From the NCBI GenBank assembly GCA_949524905.1, contig CATINC010000004.1:51840-115839 (forward strand): a stretch of DNA of 64,000 nucleotides. The letters run 5' to 3'. The position numbers and the translations under genes were made by a program. The DNA comes from Opitutia bacterium UBA7350 (GTDB lineage Bacteria; Verrucomicrobiota; Verrucomicrobiia; Opitutales; Coraliomargaritaceae). Numbering within the stretch: position 1 is the first letter of the stretch; each line of letters opens with the position of its first letter. The notes beneath the pieces were generated by a model. It was not told the origin of the DNA and ran no database searches. It was given only the letters and a program-made list of their open reading frames with translations. This document shows positions 23,791-33,608 of the stretch, piece after piece.

Positions 23791-25839
23791 ATGGACTACC
23801 AAAAGAAGGGAATCCCGAAGCAAACCGGACTATTCTATGGTGCGGATTACAACCCCGATCAATGGCAACACGCGCCGGAGATCCTTGAGCGTGACATCGC
23901 GCTCATGAAAGAGGTGGGCGTGACCTCTGCCTCGATTGGTATCTTCGCTTGGACTGCGCTGGAACCGCAGGAGGGACGGTACCAATTTGAATGGCTTGAT
24001 CGTATCATGGACCGTTTCGCCGAGGAAGGAATGTTTGTTTTTTTGGCAACGCCCAGCGGAAGCAAACCGATTTGGCTTTCCGAAAAATACCCGGAAGTGC
24101 GCCGTCTTGGAATTGACGGACTGCGGGAAAATTCGGGTCGACGTCATAATCATTGTTTGAGTTCAAAGGTTTATCGTGAAAAAACCCGCGCGATTAATAC
24201 CGCACTTGCCGAACGTTACGGGCAACATCCCGCACTCGCGCTCTGGCATGTGGGCAACGAATTTAGCGGGGAATGTCATTGTGAGCATTGTCGCCTTGCC
24301 TTTCAGAACTGGCTCAAGGAACGCTACCACACGCTCGACGCCCTCAACGATGCCTGGTGGAGCGCCTTTTGGAATCACACCTACTCCGATTGGGGCGAGA
24401 TCCAAACCCACGACCCAAGTATCGACGCCCTACAGCTCGATTGGATGCGTTTCGTCAATGACCAGCACGTTTTGTTTATGCTCAATGAAATGGAACCCCT
24501 GCGTGAGTTGACCCCGGGGATTCCATGTACCACCAATTTCATGGGAACGCACGAAAGCACCAATTACTGGCAGTGGGCGGAACACGTGGACTGCATTGCC
24601 AATGATTTGTACCCCTTGCCGGATGATCGCAAGGACACCTGGCGCAATGCCATTCGCGCAGATTTCATCCACACTATGATGCGCGGCATGAGTGGCGGTA
24701 AGCCCTGGATGTTGATGGAATGTTCGCCAAGTTCGGTCAACTGGGGAGGCATTAATCAATTAAAGCGTCCGGGCGTGCATCGGCAAGAGGTGCTCCAGGC
24801 GGTCGCCAACGGTGCCAGTACGGTTCATTATTTTCAATGGCGCAAGGGCAGGGGTGGCTTTGAAAAATACCACGGGGCAGTCGTCGATCACGAGGGCAGT
24901 AACCGAAGCCGGGTGTTCCAAGACTGCGCCGCCATCGGTGCGGAACTTAAAAGCCTCGCTCCATTGGGTGAGCACGATTGTCCAACAGCTGAGGTAGCTT
25001 TGCTTTACGACTGGGAAAGCCGTTGGGCGCTCAAGTCCTCAAAAGGCCCCAAGGTCCTCAAAGAGGAGGGCCCATTTGCTTCAGATCTCTACAGCGAGAC
25101 TTGTTTCGACCATTACGAAGCCCTAACGCAAAACGGCTTGTCGGTCGATGTGGTTTCAACGAAATCAGACTTGAGTCATTACAAGGTCCTGGTTCTACCC
25201 GCACTGTATTTTGTGGAGGATGCCCTCGCTTCCCGCATTCGGGCTTTTGTTGAAAAGGGCGGTAACGTGGTGGGTACTTATTTAACGGCCTATGTCGATT
25301 CAAGCAACCGTTGCCACCTCGGCGGTTTCCCCGGTGCTGGGCTTCGAGAAGTCTTTGGCATATGGAACGAAGAACTCGACAACCTTCATGATGAAACACG
25401 GGTAATACTAGAGGGCGAAGTGCAGGGTGTGGCGCGTGACCTCGCCGAGCGGATTCATTTGGAGGGCGCAAGCACGCTAGCGCAAGCGGCATCAGAGTTT
25501 TACGCGGGGCATCCTTTGGTCACGCACATGGATTACGGGGAGGGTTCTGCCTGCTATATTGCCGCGCGTTTGGAAATGCCCGCCTTGTGCGCCTTCTATC
25601 AACATCTGCGGGAAAAAGTCGGTTTGGAGCGTACGGTGGCATGTGATCTTCCGCAGGGCGTTGTTTTTCGGAAGCGCAAGTCCGCTGATGGCACCCTGGG
25701 TTTTCTTTTTAACTATACCCGAGAAACTAAGCGCATTGGATTAGGTGAGGGGAAATGGTTCGCCTTCGGTGAACCGGAGACCATTTATGCTGGCTCGCTG
25801 GAATTAGCGCCCTATGCCACCCTGACTCTAAGGTTGTAG
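23791..25839 (+). CDS. GH42 beta-galactosidase, cytoplasmic
   Basis: 682 aa. Motifs: FYGADYNPDQWQ, WHVGNEFSGECHCEHC (acid/base Glu plus the GH42 Cys-cluster Zn site), PWMLMECSPS (nucleophile Glu). No signal peptide. Confidence 0.92.
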   Translation: MDYQKKGIPKQTGLFYGADYNPDQWQHAPEILERDIALMKEVGVTSASIGIFAWTALEPQEGRYQFEWLDRIMDRFAEEGMFVFLATPSGSKPIWLSEKYPEVRRLGIDGLRENSGRRHNHCLSSKVYREKTRAINTALAERYGQHPALALWHVGNEFSGECHCEHCRLAFQNWLKERYHTLDALNDAWWSAFWNHTYSDWGEIQTHDPSIDALQLDWMRFVNDQHVLFMLNEMEPLRELTPGIPCTTNFMGTHESTNYWQWAEHVDCIANDLYPLPDDRKDTWRNAIRADFIHTMMRGMSGGKPWMLMECSPSSVNWGGINQLKRPGVHRQEVLQAVANGASTVHYFQWRKGRGGFEKYHGAVVDHEGSNRSRVFQDCAAIGAELKSLAPLGEHDCPTAEVALLYDWESRWALKSSKGPKVLKEEGPFASDLYSETCFDHYEALTQNGLSVDVVSTKSDLSHYKVLVLPALYFVEDALASRIRAFVEKGGNVVGTYLTAYVDSSNRCHLGGFPGAGLREVFGIWNEELDNLHDETRVILEGEVQGVARDLAERIHLEGASTLAQAASEFYAGHPLVTHMDYGEGSACYIAARLEMPALCAFYQHLREKVGLERTVACDLPQGVVFRKRKSADGTLGFLFNYTRETKRIGLGEGKWFAFGEPETIYAGSLELAPYATLTLRL

Positions 25840-25885
25840 GGGCGGGGCTTTTGGGTCTTGCTGTGGAAGACTACCCAATATTCCC

Positions 25886-27298
25886 ATGAAGCTTTTTAAA
25901 AAAACCAAGACCTCGCGTTTTCAAACCCTCGTTATTGGTATCGCCCTGACTGCCGCCGCAACGCTGGTCAACGCCAAGCCAAACATCATTGTCATTTTTG
26001 CCGACGATATGGGTTACGGCGACATGAGCAATAACGGCCACCCAACCATCCGCACGCCCCATTTGGATCAAATGACTGCAGAGGGGCAGAAATGGACAAG
26101 TTTCTATTCGGCTTCTTCGGTCTGTACTCCCAGTCGTGCGGCGCTTCTGACGGGTCGTTACGCTGTTCGGAGCGGTATGGAGTCAAAGGCTTACGGGGTA
26201 CTCTTTCCGGATTCAAAGGGCGGACTGCCAGCCTCGGAAGTCACCCTCCCTGAAATGCTCAAAGAGGTGGGTTATGCCACGGGTATGGTGGGGAAGTGGC
26301 ACCTCGGGCACCTGCCGGAGTTTCTCCCGACCCGCCACGGATTTGATTCCTGGTACGGCATCCCCTATAGCAATGACATGGAACTCGATCGACCAAAGGT
26401 CACGGAACTCAATGGCGGGAGTCTGGGTCAATGGCATACGGGTGTTCATTGGGATGAGCCGAAGTCGGAATATTGGCAAGTACCGCTCATGGAAGGGGAG
26501 ACTATTCTCAAGCTTGCTCCGGATCAGACCCAGCTCACAAAATCCTACACTACAAAAGCCATCGATTTTATCGAGTCCCACAAAAAAAAGCCCTTCTTCC
26601 TCTATCTTGCACACAGCATGCCTCACGTCCCGCTCTTTCGCTCAAAGGACTTTGAGGACTTCAGCGCCGCAGGACTTTACGGCGATGTCATTGAAGAGAT
26701 CGACCATTCGGTCGGTCAAATCCTAGGAGCTTTGCGTGAGAACGGGCTCGCGAAAAACACCCTCGTGGTCTTCACTTCCGATAATGGCCCCTGGTTAGAG
26801 TTCAAGACGAAGGGCGGTATCGCTGGTCCCTTGCGCGGCGGGAAGTTTGATACTTACGAGGGCGGTATGCGTGAGCCGGGGATTTTCTGGTGGCCGGGCA
26901 AAATAAAGCCGGCAATCATTCACGATATCGGTTCCACGCTGGATTTTATGGCAACCTTTGCCGCCATTGCAGGACTCGATGCGCCCGAAGCCGCAGTCGA
27001 TAGCTACGATCTCTCGGGCACTTTGTTGCAGGGCGAGGCAAGTCCACGCAAGGAACTCTTTTACTACAAGAGTACTCACGTCGAGGCACTTCGTGTCGGT
27101 AGCTTCAAAGTCCACTTTGACCGCGATGCTAGGTCCGCCAAGCCGGCAATCACGGCTTGCTATAACCTTGACCACGATCCCGGGGAAAACTACGACCTAC
27201 GCGAATCCCAAGCGCACTTATTGTCGGACTTCATCCAGCGCCTGCAACAACACCGCGCAACCATCGAACCCGTAGAGGATCAACTCGCAAGGCGATAG
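25886..27298 (+). CDS. Secreted sulfatase (Cys-type, arylsulfatase A/GalNAc-6-sulfatase-like)
   Basis: 470 aa. Signal peptide MKLFKKTKTSRFQTLVIGIALTAAATLVNA. Motifs: IIVIFADDMGYGDMSNNG, CTPSRAALLTGRYAVRSG, VFTSDNGPW, GGKFDTYEGGMREP. Confidence 0.93.
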   Translation: MKLFKKTKTSRFQTLVIGIALTAAATLVNAKPNIIVIFADDMGYGDMSNNGHPTIRTPHLDQMTAEGQKWTSFYSASSVCTPSRAALLTGRYAVRSGMESKAYGVLFPDSKGGLPASEVTLPEMLKEVGYATGMVGKWHLGHLPEFLPTRHGFDSWYGIPYSNDMELDRPKVTELNGGSLGQWHTGVHWDEPKSEYWQVPLMEGETILKLAPDQTQLTKSYTTKAIDFIESHKKKPFFLYLAHSMPHVPLFRSKDFEDFSAAGLYGDVIEEIDHSVGQILGALRENGLAKNTLVVFTSDNGPWLEFKTKGGIAGPLRGGKFDTYEGGMREPGIFWWPGKIKPAIIHDIGSTLDFMATFAAIAGLDAPEAAVDSYDLSGTLLQGEASPRKELFYYKSTHVEALRVGSFKVHFDRDARSAKPAITACYNLDHDPGENYDLRESQAHLLSDFIQRLQQHRATIEPVEDQLARR

Positions 27299-27322
27299 GC
27301 GGATTGGGTTGAATCTTGAGCC

Positions 27323-28132
27323 TTACTTTGCTTCTGCCTTTGAACTCAGGGCGTGCAGATTGAAGAGGTCGTAATTGGCTTCTTCGACTACAGCGCCGGA
27401 GCTGACATAAGCGTATAGGTCTTCGTCGTATAAATGAGGCACTTTTAGGTCGCCGCTCAGAGTCGCCAACGTGCTTCGCTTGTCCATATTTCTCAATGCT
27501 GCTTCAAAGCTCAATACTCCTGCTTTGGATGATTTTGTAAGGGTAAATTCAATTTCCAGCTTGTCGCTCAAGTCATCGGCGTCGGATGTGTCATCGCCAA
27601 TTGACGCGTAATTGACGTTCTTTGAAAAAAATCCTCCGCCGCTTTTGCCGAAGACGTAGAACTGATAGCTTTCACTATGTTGTGGGGTCTTTTGAATGCC
27701 CGCATAAACGATCTCGATGGCCTCGTTTTTAGCATTCGAGAACCCAACACCACCGAGCATGGTGGGTACCTTGCCGCCCATAACCATCGCAGGCAGCCCT
27801 TCAAAAGTGTAGACGATCCGCGCGGACCATGTACTGCCCACATCAAACCCTTCACCTGCTCCCTTCTGAAGCAGTGCCCGTGCTCCCCGACTATTCGGGT
27901 CGCGTCGCAAAATCCCCATTTCGTAATTCCTAGAACGAGGAAAATACAGTCCGCCTCGGACAGACGCACCCTCGACAAAATATGGAGCCGCTTGCTGAAT
28001 TTGTTTATCAATACCACCGCTTACATAACCTTCCGCAGCGCTGAAGCTCGTGGAAAAATCCAGATCGGCAAAAGCGGTAGTCGCGAAAGTGAACAGGAGA
28101 CTTAGGAAAATGAAAGTGTTTCTTTGATACAT
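27323..28132 (-). CDS. Secreted protein of unknown function
   Basis: 269 aa. Signal peptide MYQRNTFIFLSLLFTFATTAFA. Gly/Ser-rich, beta-rich body with no recognisable motif. Lies downstream of the anSME gene on the same strand (193-bp gap) and convergent with the plus-strand operon. Confidence 0.6.
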   Translation of the reverse strand: MYQRNTFIFLSLLFTFATTAFADLDFSTSFSAAEGYVSGGIDKQIQQAAPYFVEGASVRGGLYFPRSRNYEMGILRRDPNSRGARALLQKGAGEGFDVGSTWSARIVYTFEGLPAMVMGGKVPTMLGGVGFSNAKNEAIEIVYAGIQKTPQHSESYQFYVFGKSGGGFFSKNVNYASIGDDTSDADDLSDKLEIEFTLTKSSKAGVLSFEAALRNMDKRSTLATLSGDLKVPHLYDEDLYAYVSSGAVVEEANYDLFNLHALSSKAEAK

Positions 28133-28325
28133 AGTTTTGAATGAGTGGATTTAAGGCGCTACACGTGTAATTCAATGTTCGGCGGCACACTAGTCAAAAG
28201 AATTAAGCAGACTTCAAAGCAGGAAGCATAGATGGACACGAATTCATAGGATGAAGACAATGTTCGATACTTGTCCGCTGACGCCTTGGCGTAGGTGGAA
28301 GACGCGATGGGTCAAAGCTCTATGC

Positions 28326-29597
28326 TCAGCCCCGGGTTTGTCGTTGTTGGGCGAGGATGTCCATGACGGCGGCGGGGGCTTGTTGGCGGCGGTATAGGTC
28401 GGCCATGATTTTCATGGCAGGGTCAATATGTTTGAAAAATTGTTTGTAGGCGGGGCAGAGGTAGTTGAGGCCCCATTCGCCGTCAGGGGTGTAGGTGAAG
28501 CGGTGTTTAGGGCATTCGCCGTTGCAGGCAAAGCGGACGCTGCAGTCGCGACAATATTGGGGGAGGCGGTCGCGTTTGGCCTCGCCGAAGGCTTTGGCCT
28601 TGGGGCTGTCGGCGAGTTCGCCGAGGCTGTTGTTCATTAAATTCCCGAGTTTGAATTTGGGGTAAACGTAGTGGTCGCAGGTGTAAAGTTCGCCGTCGTG
28701 TTCCATAGCAAGGGCGCGTCCGCAGGTCTCGGAGAAATAACAAAGGCCGCCGGTGACGCCAAGCCATTTACTGAGGGCGACGTCGAAGAGTTGGATATAG
28801 ATTTTACCGACGTCGCGTTTGATCCAGGCATCGAATATTTTGCAGAGAAAGTCGCCGTATGCCTGTGCGGGAACGGCGTGGGCGGACATGCGGGGGGCTT
28901 CGCCGTCGAGGGGTGGGTTTTTGAGATCCGGCGGGGCGGCGAAATCCAGCCCAAGTTTTGCGGCAGCAGTATCGACTTCGCGTTCGACGATGGGGATGAA
29001 TTGAATGTATTTGGAGCCGATGCTCTTTAGGAATTTGTAGATCTTTACAGGGTGCTGTACAGTGTCGCTGTTGATGCAGGTGAGGGTGTTGAACTCGACT
29101 TCGTATTTGCGGAGGATGTGGAGTCCGCGCATGACGTCCTTATAGGAATCGCGTCCTTTTTTATCGACGCGATTGGCGTTGTGAACTTCTTCGGGACCGT
29201 CTATGGAGAGCCCTACAAGGAAGTTGTTTTCAGCAAGGAAGGCGCCCCATTGGTCGTCAAGGAGGGTGCCGTTGGTTTGGAAAGCGTTGGCAATGGTTTT
29301 TCCTTGGGCGTATTGTTTTTGAAAAGCGACGACCTTGCGGAAGTAATCGACTCCGAGGAGGGTGGGTTCACCTCCCTGGAAAGCGAAGGTGACCTCCAGT
29401 CCCGGTTGGGCGGCGATGTAGTCACGGACGAAGACTTCGAGTCGTTCGTCTGACATTTTCCACTTCTCGTTCTCGGGGTAAAATTGCTCTTTTTCGAGAT
29501 AGAAGCAATATTTGCAGTCGAGATTACAGATAGGTCCAATTGCCTTGGCCATGACATGAAAGCTGTCGCTGGCAGGCTTGGAGATTTTGGGGAGCAT
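28326..29597 (-). CDS. Anaerobic sulfatase-maturating enzyme (radical SAM / SPASM)
   Basis: Radical-SAM cluster CNLDCKYCFY near the N-terminus. C-terminal Cys-rich SPASM region: CYFSETCGRALAMEHDGELYTCDH and CRDCSVRFACNGECPKHRF. The true start is most likely MLPKISKP at 29597; the 29735 start in the track overlaps serC. Confidence 0.88.
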   Translation of the reverse strand: MLPKISKPASDSFHVMAKAIGPICNLDCKYCFYLEKEQFYPENEKWKMSDERLEVFVRDYIAAQPGLEVTFAFQGGEPTLLGVDYFRKVVAFQKQYAQGKTIANAFQTNGTLLDDQWGAFLAENNFLVGLSIDGPEEVHNANRVDKKGRDSYKDVMRGLHILRKYEVEFNTLTCINSDTVQHPVKIYKFLKSIGSKYIQFIPIVEREVDTAAAKLGLDFAAPPDLKNPPLDGEAPRMSAHAVPAQAYGDFLCKIFDAWIKRDVGKIYIQLFDVALSKWLGVTGGLCYFSETCGRALAMEHDGELYTCDHYVYPKFKLGNLMNNSLGELADSPKAKAFGEAKRDRLPQYCRDCSVRFACNGECPKHRFTYTPDGEWGLNYLCPAYKQFFKHIDPAMKIMADLYRRQQAPAAVMDILAQQRQTRG

Positions 29598-29607
29598 ATA
29601 GCGCGGC

Positions 29608-30753
29608 TTAGTCTTTGATTTGGCCAAAGCCCCATTCGAGCCAAGGGAGGAGGGCTTCGATATCTGAAGTGTCGACCGTAGCACCTCCCCAGATGCGAAT
29701 TCCCGCCGGAGCGTCGCGATAACTCCCAAAGTCAAAGCCGACGCCTTCTTCGTCGAGGAGCTTGACCCATTTTTTGGCTTTGGCAGCTTGTTCCTCTGGA
29801 GGAAGGGCTTGGTACCACTCTGCGGTGATCTTTAAACAAATGGAAGTATTCGATCGGGTATCGGGATCTTCTGCCAGAAAGTCGATCCATTCCGTTTGCT
29901 CAACCCAATTAACGACTGCTTTGAGGTTATCGTCAGAACGCTTTAACAAGCTTGGCAAACCGCCGATTGATTCTGCCCAACATAAGCCGTCGAGGGCATC
30001 CTCAATACAAAGCATCGAAATGGTGTTAATGGTTGCGCCCTCAAAGATGCCTTTGATGAGCTTTCCGCCTTTGGTAAGGCGAAAGATTTTAGGTAGTGGC
30101 CAAGCAGGGGTGTAAGATTCCAGTCGCGCAACTGCACGTGGACTCAGCACAATCATACCATGCGCCCCTTCTCCGCCCATGACTTTTTGCCAAGACCAAG
30201 TAACGACATCGAGTTTGGAATAATCAAGATCCATGGCAAAAACGGCGGAGGTCGCATCGCAAATGGTCAATCCTTCTCGGTCATCAGAAATCCAATCAAG
30301 ATTAGGTACACGTACACCAGATGTAGTGCCGTTGTAGGTAAAAACTACGTCGTTTGAAAAATTGATTTTACTGAGGTCGGGGAGCTTTCCATAGTCAGCT
30401 TGGTAAAGCGTCGCATTATCCAGTTTTAATTGTTTGAGAGCGTCTGTAACCCATCCAGATCCAAAAGATTCCCAAGCACATAGATCGACACCACGCTGGC
30501 CCAGAAGCGTCCACATTGCCATTTCATATGCCCCAGTATCTGAAGCTGGGACAATGCCGCAGATATAGTCTTCTGGAATATCGAGTATAGATTTTGATTT
30601 TTCAATTACAGCTTGTATACGCTCTTTAGCAGGTTTTGCGCGGTGAGACCGTCCTACGAGAGCATTGTTAAGAGCATCATGCGACCAACCTGGGCGCTTA
30701 GCACAGGGACCAGATGAGAAGAATGGACGATTCGGTTTTTTTTCAGGTTTCAT
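29608..30753 (-). CDS. serC: Phosphoserine aminotransferase (long actinobacterial-type SerC)
   Basis: 381 aa. The N-terminus [16 protein letters not shown] and the segment [15 protein letters not shown] are typical of the ~375-aa SerC subfamily. Confidence 0.75.
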   Translation of the reverse strand: MKPEKKPNRPFFSSGPCAKRPGWSHDALNNALVGRSHRAKPAKERIQAVIEKSKSILDIPEDYICGIVPASDTGAYEMAMWTLLGQRGVDLCAWESFGSGWVTDALKQLKLDNATLYQADYGKLPDLSKINFSNDVVFTYNGTTSGVRVPNLDWISDDREGLTICDATSAVFAMDLDYSKLDVVTWSWQKVMGGEGAHGMIVLSPRAVARLESYTPAWPLPKIFRLTKGGKLIKGIFEGATINTISMLCIEDALDGLCWAESIGGLPSLLKRSDDNLKAVVNWVEQTEWIDFLAEDPDTRSNTSICLKITAEWYQALPPEEQAAKAKKWVKLLDEEGVGFDFGSYRDAPAGIRIWGGATVDTSDIEALLPWLEWGFGQIKD

Positions 30754-30811
30754 TATCGAAAATATAGATAGCTAAAAGAGGCGCTGAATCAACCCGAAGC
30801 GAAAGCAGAAA

Positions 30812-33364
30812 TTACTTTTTCTTGGGAGACTTCTTTTTGATAGCTTTTTTCTTGGGTATTCGAGGGGCAAATTCGAAGCCAATCTCACCGTTTTCATAGT
30901 CAAGGGTTAGATGAGCCTTAAAGGGACGTTTCGTGCGGCGAGAGATAAAGCCGTCGAGTAAGTCGGTCTTACCTTTGGTGAAAAGTGGTTCGATTTCCTC
31001 TACTTGGAGTTCTTTCTGTAGTATCATTTTACCAAGTCGGAAGCCTTCGGGTGCATCTTTGGTTTTAAGTGCTGGAAGGTGGTAAGCCTTTTCAGTGACA
31101 TGTAGTTCTGCAATAGTACCGTTGGGTAGGGCGACTGACTTTAAAAGTGTTTTTTCATCTAGAGGAATATCGAGTTCCAATTCATCTTCAAAAACAAATT
31201 CGGTTTTCCATTTTCCAACCTTACCAGTTTTGCTGATTGATTGTCCCAATTTAAGGCCAGCTGAAAATGGCCGATTAAAGCGTGAAAGAAAGCCTTCCAT
31301 TTCTGGGAGATTTTTATCTGTAAAGAGCGTGATGGCTTCACTTTCGCATAATTGACGCCCTGCGATGTATTTTGAAATCTTAAAACTGCAGTCAACATCA
31401 CGGCATTCATAAGTTGCGTCCGTTTGTTTTAAGCGCGGAGCACCGCATTCAGGGCATGAACATTCTAGGTCTGGGAAAACACGATTGACTGCAGTTTGCA
31501 TGTGGGCACGTGCTTTATCGACAACTTCAACAGTGAAATCGTTAATTTCCTGCATGAACTGAGTGCGCCCGATATCACCCTTTTGCATTTTATTTAGCTT
31601 TGCTTCCCAGTCGCCAGTCATGGAGGGCGATGTTAGTGCATCAAGTTGCATCTCGTCGCAAAGTTCGATTAAACGCATCCCTTTACCGCTTACGTTGAGT
31701 TCACGACCATCACGGGCAATATATTTTTGGCGAAGTAAGCCTTCGATCGTAGCTGCCCGAGTGGCGGGAGTGCCAAGACCTCGCTCGAGCATCGCTTCGC
31801 GCATTTCCTCATCATCAATTAACTTTCCAGCACCCTCCATCGCGGAAAGGAGGGTAGACTCAGTATACCGTGCGGGTGGTTGGGTTTCTTTACCCAATGC
31901 ATCCACAGCATCAGCGATGGCATTTTCCCCTAATTGCACTGCCACAAGGTCGTCCTTGTCGCTTGCTACGCCTGGTTTACGTCCATAAACCGCAAGCCAG
32001 CCGGGGACAACGAGCGTCTTGCCTCGCGTTAAAAAGTGATCCTTAGCTTCACCATGATCGATCGTGGTGATACGCGTGGTATTTTCAAATTCTGCGTAAG
32101 GATAAAAGGCCGCTACAAAACGTTTAAGGATCATATCGTATAGTTTGGCTTCAACATCACTTAATTTCACCTGACGACCCGTAGGGATGATGGCAAAGTG
32201 ATCGGATACCTTAGTGTTGTTAAAAATTCTTTTACTGAATTGTATGAGCCCTTTCTCGATGGAATGCATTGCCCACTGAGCGGTTGGATGACTGGAAGCA
32301 GCGAGCTCACGAGTAGTCTCGTGTACCTTCGAAAGGTAATCTTCCGGCAGGTATCTTGAATCCGTCCGCGGATACGTGATCATTTTGTGGCGCTCATAGA
32401 GCGACTGCGCGATCGCCAGGGTATTTTTGGCAGTAAACGGGGCTTCACGTTGAAGAGTGGTGAGGTCGTAAAGTTGCGGTGCGATCTGTTTGGCGGGTTT
32501 TTTCTCCTCATTGAGCGTCCCTTCTTTCCCATTGCAACGCGCTTCGATCATGTTTGCGGTCGCCTCATCCCAGATGCGTTCGGCACGTTCATGGGGCTGA
32601 GCGAGATTCTTTTTAAACTCAGGATCAAACCATCGACCGGAGTAACTGCCATTGCTCACGGAAAAGTCTGCATGTACTTCCCAGTAATTTTCTGGTTTAA
32701 AGGCCTGTATTTCTTTTTCGCGACGAGCTAAAATTGCCAGCGTAGGTGTCTGTACTCGGCCGGCCGCTGTAATGTTAAATCCGCCGTGGCGCGAACGGAA
32801 GCAGGTGAGGGCGCGTGTAGAATTAAGACCGACCAACCAGTCGGACTCAGATCGACATTTGGCTGCATCCGCTAGAGAGGACATTTTATCGCCATCAATC
32901 AAATTTTCCCATGCCTCTTGAATAGCACCCGAGGTCATAGACTGCATCCAAAGCCGCTTAACTGGTTTATTAATTTTACCAATATCCATGATGTATTGAA
33001 AAATTAATTCACCTTCACGTCCGGCATCACAGGCGTTTACAATTACGTCAAACTCAGATTTTTTAGCCAGAGAGAGCACATGCTTTAAGCGTGCGGCGGT
33101 TTTTTCTATCGGTTGAAGCTCAAAGTTTTTTGGAATGGCGGGTAAAACATCAAACTTCCAGGGAAGGTTTTTGCCATTTGGCCCGGTTGGCATTTTTAAT
33201 TCTACTAGGTGGCCCACTGCAGACGTTATAGCAGCATTTTTGTTTAGAAAATACTGAGCCTCTCTTGACTTGCCCTTCTTCTCAAATTTACCGAGCTCTT
33301 TGGACAAGGCCGATGATAAATCTGCTGCAACAGATGGTTTTTCGGCTATAATAAGAAACTTCAT
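30812..33364 (-). CDS. topB: Type IA DNA topoisomerase, topoisomerase III-like, with C-terminal zinc ribbon and Lys-rich tail
   Basis: 850 aa. TOPRIM start [13 protein letters not shown], active-site [11 protein letters not shown], Zn-ribbon [10 protein letters not shown]...[10 protein letters not shown], tail [13 protein letters not shown]. Confidence 0.85.
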   Translation of the reverse strand: MKFLIIAEKPSVAADLSSALSKELGKFEKKGKSREAQYFLNKNAAITSAVGHLVELKMPTGPNGKNLPWKFDVLPAIPKNFELQPIEKTAARLKHVLSLAKKSEFDVIVNACDAGREGELIFQYIMDIGKINKPVKRLWMQSMTSGAIQEAWENLIDGDKMSSLADAAKCRSESDWLVGLNSTRALTCFRSRHGGFNITAAGRVQTPTLAILARREKEIQAFKPENYWEVHADFSVSNGSYSGRWFDPEFKKNLAQPHERAERIWDEATANMIEARCNGKEGTLNEEKKPAKQIAPQLYDLTTLQREAPFTAKNTLAIAQSLYERHKMITYPRTDSRYLPEDYLSKVHETTRELAASSHPTAQWAMHSIEKGLIQFSKRIFNNTKVSDHFAIIPTGRQVKLSDVEAKLYDMILKRFVAAFYPYAEFENTTRITTIDHGEAKDHFLTRGKTLVVPGWLAVYGRKPGVASDKDDLVAVQLGENAIADAVDALGKETQPPARYTESTLLSAMEGAGKLIDDEEMREAMLERGLGTPATRAATIEGLLRQKYIARDGRELNVSGKGMRLIELCDEMQLDALTSPSMTGDWEAKLNKMQKGDIGRTQFMQEINDFTVEVVDKARAHMQTAVNRVFPDLECSCPECGAPRLKQTDATYECRDVDCSFKISKYIAGRQLCESEAITLFTDKNLPEMEGFLSRFNRPFSAGLKLGQSISKTGKVGKWKTEFVFEDELELDIPLDEKTLLKSVALPNGTIAELHVTEKAYHLPALKTKDAPEGFRLGKMILQKELQVEEIEPLFTKGKTDLLDGFISRRTKRPFKAHLTLDYENGEIGFEFAPRIPKKKAIKKKSPKKK

Positions 33365-33608
33365 TTCGATCTTTTGTTTTAAAAACGTTGGTTTTAAGAG
33401 GAATTCTAGGTCTGGAAATATCCTAAATGTATTGAGAAAGTTTCAGGCAGGTCCTAAACAGTGACTTCATGTTCCTAGGGACACTTGGGCGCACTTGTCA
33501 AGGCACGGTCAATAATTAAGGTCGTGCAATTTGCAAAATATAAATCCTTAATTGCCTAAAATTTTCTCAAATATAGTACAATTGAAACTGGCAACGCTTC
33601 ACAATGTT

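Noticed and set aside
23164-23823. Long antisense ORFs inside confident genes: 219 aa at 23164-23823, 180 aa at 16442-16984, 166 aa at 10724-11224, 159 aa at 21523-22002, 150 aa at 7686-8138, and many ORFs of 60-140 aa.
   Set aside because: They lie fully within, and antisense to, genes with clear family motifs. Their composition is Arg/Ser/Pro-biased, typical of shadow frames in GC-rich coding DNA. They have no motifs of their own.
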